NCBI GenBank assembly: GCA_965197425.1
Contig: CBDANC010000012.1
Span: 96,001-160,000, forward strand
Reading direction: 5' to 3'
DNA: 64,000 nt
Source: Bdellovibrionales bacterium
GTDB lineage: Bacteria; Bdellovibrionota; Bdellovibrionia; Bdellovibrionales; JAUICD01
This document shows, in pieces, positions 61,180 through 64,000 of this stretch; within the stretch, counting starts at the first letter, position 1, and every line of letters starts with the position of its first letter. The position numbers and the translations under genes are program-made. The notes beneath the pieces were generated by a model. The model searched no databases. It was not told where the DNA came from and worked only from the letters and a program-made list of their open reading frames with translations.

Positions 61180-61892
61180 GTTTTCATTTTTTTTACAGAT
61201 GCTTTCAAGCCGCCATTTAAAGCATCACAGATCAAAAAGTGTCCTATGTTAACTTCCCTCAAATGAGGTAGCTTTGCTATTACCTTAGCATGCTCAAAGT
61301 CCAATCCATGTCCAGCATGAACCAATAAACCAAGTGAATGTGCCTTTAAAGCACTACCTTTAAGTCTCTGCAGCTCAGCCTTTTTGTTCTTAACCAAACA
61401 AAATCTTCCAGTATGAAGTTCAACTGCATCAGCACCAACATTCTTCGAAGCAACAACTTGTTTTATCACCGGGTTTACAAATAAACTTACCTTAATACCA
61501 GCTTTTTTCAAAGCTGTAACAACTCTTTTGATTTTAACTTTGTTTTGAAAAACATCTAAACCACCCTCCGTAGTAAGCTCTTTTCTCTTCTCTGGTACCA
61601 AACATACCCAGTCAGGACAAAGCTTCAGTGCAATCTTAAGCATGCCACTAGTACAAGCCATCTCTAAATTAAGCGAAACTCTAGATTTACTTTTGATAAG
61701 GTGCTTTTTGATCTGAAAAAGATCTTCGTCCTGAATATGCCTTCTGTCCTCTCGTAAATGAACAGTGATTTGATCAGCACCACCCAAGGTAGCACTCTTA
61801 ACCTGCTCCACTATATCAGGATACCAAGTAGTGCCACCTCTAACCTGCCTCAAAGTGGCTGCATGATCCAAATTGACCCCAAGTAGGATCAC
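61164..61892 (-). CDS. pdxJ: Pyridoxine 5'-phosphate synthase
   Basis: LGVNLDH.ATLRQ, HLREDRRHI, TTEGGLD, AGHGL, NIGH. Confidence 0.97.
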   Translation of the reverse strand: MILLGVNLDHAATLRQVRGGTTWYPDIVEQVKSATLGGADQITVHLREDRRHIQDEDLFQIKKHLIKSKSRVSLNLEMACTSGMLKIALKLCPDWVCLVPEKRKELTTEGGLDVFQNKVKIKRVVTALKKAGIKVSLFVNPVIKQVVASKNVGADAVELHTGRFCLVKNKKAELQRLKGSALKAHSLGLLVHAGHGLDFEHAKVIAKLPHLREVNIGHFLICDALNGGLKASVKKMKTALRA

Positions 61893-63247
61893 AGATCACA
61901 CTCCTTTAGAAATTCACAGATTTCCTTAGATGCTTTAGATACCTTATCCTTATTAGAACCTTCAACCAAAACTCTTAAAATTGGTTCTGTACCAGAATAT
62001 CTGATAAATATCCTACCCTCTTTTCCTAAATCCTTTTCTATTTTAGATATAAGATCACTATACCCAGACACACTATCCAAAGACACTTTATTAGAAACTT
62101 TTAGGTTAGTTAATACCTGAGGGGTTTCAGGAACAAGCTTTCTTAAAGCACCAAGCTTTATTCCTTGATTAACCATAATTGCAAGCACATTTAAAGCTGT
62201 TACCAAACCATCACCAGTTGTAGAGTGATCTAGAAAAATTATATGCCCGGACTGCTCTCCACCTAATGTAAGATTTCTTTTTTTAAGCTCACTAATGACA
62301 TACCTATCACCTACATCAGTAGTCACAACATCTATACCATTATCAGACAAAAATTTTCTAAAACCAAAACTACTCATGTGAGTTGCTACAATTTTATTGT
62401 CCACAAGCTTATTTTTTTTCTTTGCTTCCAACGCACAAATAGCCATTATATGATCGCCATTTAAAATACCACCCGATTCATCACACATAATAACTCTATC
62501 ACCATCACCATCTAAACTAATCCCTAAATCAGCAGAAGTTTCTTTCACAACCTTAACAAGTCCCTCTGGATACAAAGCACCACAGTTGTCATTAATGTTA
62601 AATCCATTAGGCTCATTATTTATCACCTTTACCTTAGCCCCAAGCTCTTCAAATATTCTAGGACCTACCTTGTAACAAGCACCATTAGCACAATCTAATA
62701 CCAAAGAAATTCCATCCAAACTCAAATTACTAGGAAATGTATTTTTGACAGAAACAATATACCTACCAGAAGCATCATCTATTCTCTTAGTTCTACCAAT
62801 CTCATCTTCTAAAGAAACCTTTGAGCTAAAATCCTCTTTTACCAACTGCTCTATCTTTTCTTCCAATGTTTTAGAAATCTTAAAACCATTAGAGTCAAAA
62901 ATTTTGATTCCATTGTCATAGTAAGGATTGTGAGAAGCAGATATAATAATACCAGCATCAACTCTCATACTTTGAGCCAAAAAACCAATCCCCGGAGTAC
63001 TAAGAGGCCCTACTAACAAAACATCTATACCCATAGAATTGAAGCCACTAGCCAAAGCCATCTCTATCATATAACCAGATAAGCGAGTGTCCTTGCCTAT
63101 CAACACCTTACGTCTCTTGGTAGTATTACTGCGGTTCTCTCTACCCCTTAAAATCAAACCAATGGCCTGCCCTACCTTTAAAACAAGCTCAGGAGTAATA
63201 GGATATACATTAGCCCTAGAACGAATACCATCCGTACCAAATAACAT
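61889..63247 (-). CDS. glmM: Phosphoglucosamine mutase
   Basis: FGTDGIR, SASHNP, DGDGDR, GGEQSGH, RYSGTEP. Confidence 0.97.
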   Translation of the reverse strand: MLFGTDGIRSRANVYPITPELVLKVGQAIGLILRGRENRSNTTKRRKVLIGKDTRLSGYMIEMALASGFNSMGIDVLLVGPLSTPGIGFLAQSMRVDAGIIISASHNPYYDNGIKIFDSNGFKISKTLEEKIEQLVKEDFSSKVSLEDEIGRTKRIDDASGRYIVSVKNTFPSNLSLDGISLVLDCANGACYKVGPRIFEELGAKVKVINNEPNGFNINDNCGALYPEGLVKVVKETSADLGISLDGDGDRVIMCDESGGILNGDHIMAICALEAKKKNKLVDNKIVATHMSSFGFRKFLSDNGIDVVTTDVGDRYVISELKKRNLTLGGEQSGHIIFLDHSTTGDGLVTALNVLAIMVNQGIKLGALRKLVPETPQVLTNLKVSNKVSLDSVSGYSDLISKIEKDLGKEGRIFIRYSGTEPILRVLVEGSNKDKVSKASKEICEFLKECDL

Positions 63248-63319
63248 CCAAAACCTCCCTAATCTAAGCTTCTTAATAATACTTTACTTCTAGTACCCTA
63301 AGTCAGTTTAATAAACAAG

Positions 63320-63408
63320 TGCCTACGGCACAGGTATTTAATTGGTAAAGTACAAAATGTGATGTATGTTTTAGCTACTGTTAAATGCCTCCACCCGCAG
63401 AGTGGTGG
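63320..63408 (-). repeat. Family B unit, reverse orientation, abutting the ftsH stop
   Basis: GTGCCTACGGCACAGGTATTTAATTGGT...AAATGCCTCCACC. Confidence 0.88.
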
Positions 63409-64000
63409 TTAGACGGTTGCTGGGGCTTTTGCGCCTATGGGTGTTTTTTTGTCTTCCTTTTCTTTCTCCAAACACTCTTCTCTTTGGATATTTTCTTCTT
63501 TTAGAGTTTTATCTCTTTTACTTCTCAAATTCTCGATATCCTCTGAGGTTCCACCTTTCATAAGCAGGTTAACCTCATCCCCGTCTATAGTTTCATATTC
63601 TAGCAGAGTTTTTGCTATATTCTTTAAGATTTGTAAGTTTTGTTTTAGAAGATCTTGTGCTTTTTTATGTCCTTCAGTGACAAACTTTCTCACCTCGGTA
63701 TCTATTTCTCTAGCCGTACTATCTGAGTAATCTTTTTCATGACTAGTTTGCATGCCTAAAAACACAGGGTCGTCCCGTTTTTCAAAGTGAAGAGGACCTA
63801 GCTTTTTACTCATCCCCCATTCACATACCATTCGCCTTGCTATTTCAGTAGCCCTTTCTATGTCATTGCCAGCACCTGTGGTGTAGTCCTTAAAAATAAT
63901 TTCCTCTGCTGCTCTTCCTCCAAATAAAAAGGCTATCATATTGTGTGCCTTTTCCTTGGTTAGATTCAGCCTCTCTTCTTCTGGCAAAGTTTGAGTAACA
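63409..64000 (-). CDS. ftsH: FtsH protease, C-terminal part (5' end outside window)
   Basis: GGRAAEE, TTGAGNDIERAT..AR.MV..WGMS, ETID. Confidence 0.96.
   Translation of the reverse strand, partial: VTQTLPEEERLNLTKEKAHNMIAFLFGGRAAEEIIFKDYTTGAGNDIERATEIARRMVCEWGMSKKLGPLHFEKRDDPVFLGMQTSHEKDYSDSTAREIDTEVRKFVTEGHKKAQDLLKQNLQILKNIAKTLLEYETIDGDEVNLLMKGGTSEDIENLRSKRDKTLKEENIQREECLEKEKEDKKTPIGAKAPATV

Overview
AT-rich bacterial chromosomal segment, most likely from a Bdellovibrionota-like lineage (inferred from the YQNC lipobox, short EF-Ts, SWIB protein, Bat operon and gene order). Coding content is mostly housekeeping: pyrF, proS, riboflavin genes (with a RibE-RibBA fusion), peptidoglycan recycling genes, nadK and a degenerate nadC, def-fmt-rpe, thrS-infC, acnA, mscS, dppABCDF, orn, degP, a MoxR/VWA (Bat) operon, rluD, the rpsB-tsf-pyrH-frr-uppS-cdsA-rseP-tsaB cluster, ssb, metG, tRNA-Gln, tsaE, nnr, pdxJ, glmM and partial ftsH. 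There are also three prepilin-type proteins and a lysine-rich histone H1-like protein. The unusual content is intergenic: most larger gaps are filled with a mosaic of palindromic modules. Family A is a ~95-bp unit ending GGAAGACCTT. A 64+2-bp module inserts into family A and in-frame into a gene. Family B consists of covarying GNA-triloop hairpins. Family C is 7/8-mer periodic sequence tied to two four-helix-bundle (Avd/23S-IVP-like) genes. These modules abut stop codons, contribute codons to host proteins, sit where conserved gene neighbours are missing, and appear to coincide with local flips of strand compositional skew. No transposase, integrase or reverse transcriptase is visible in the window.
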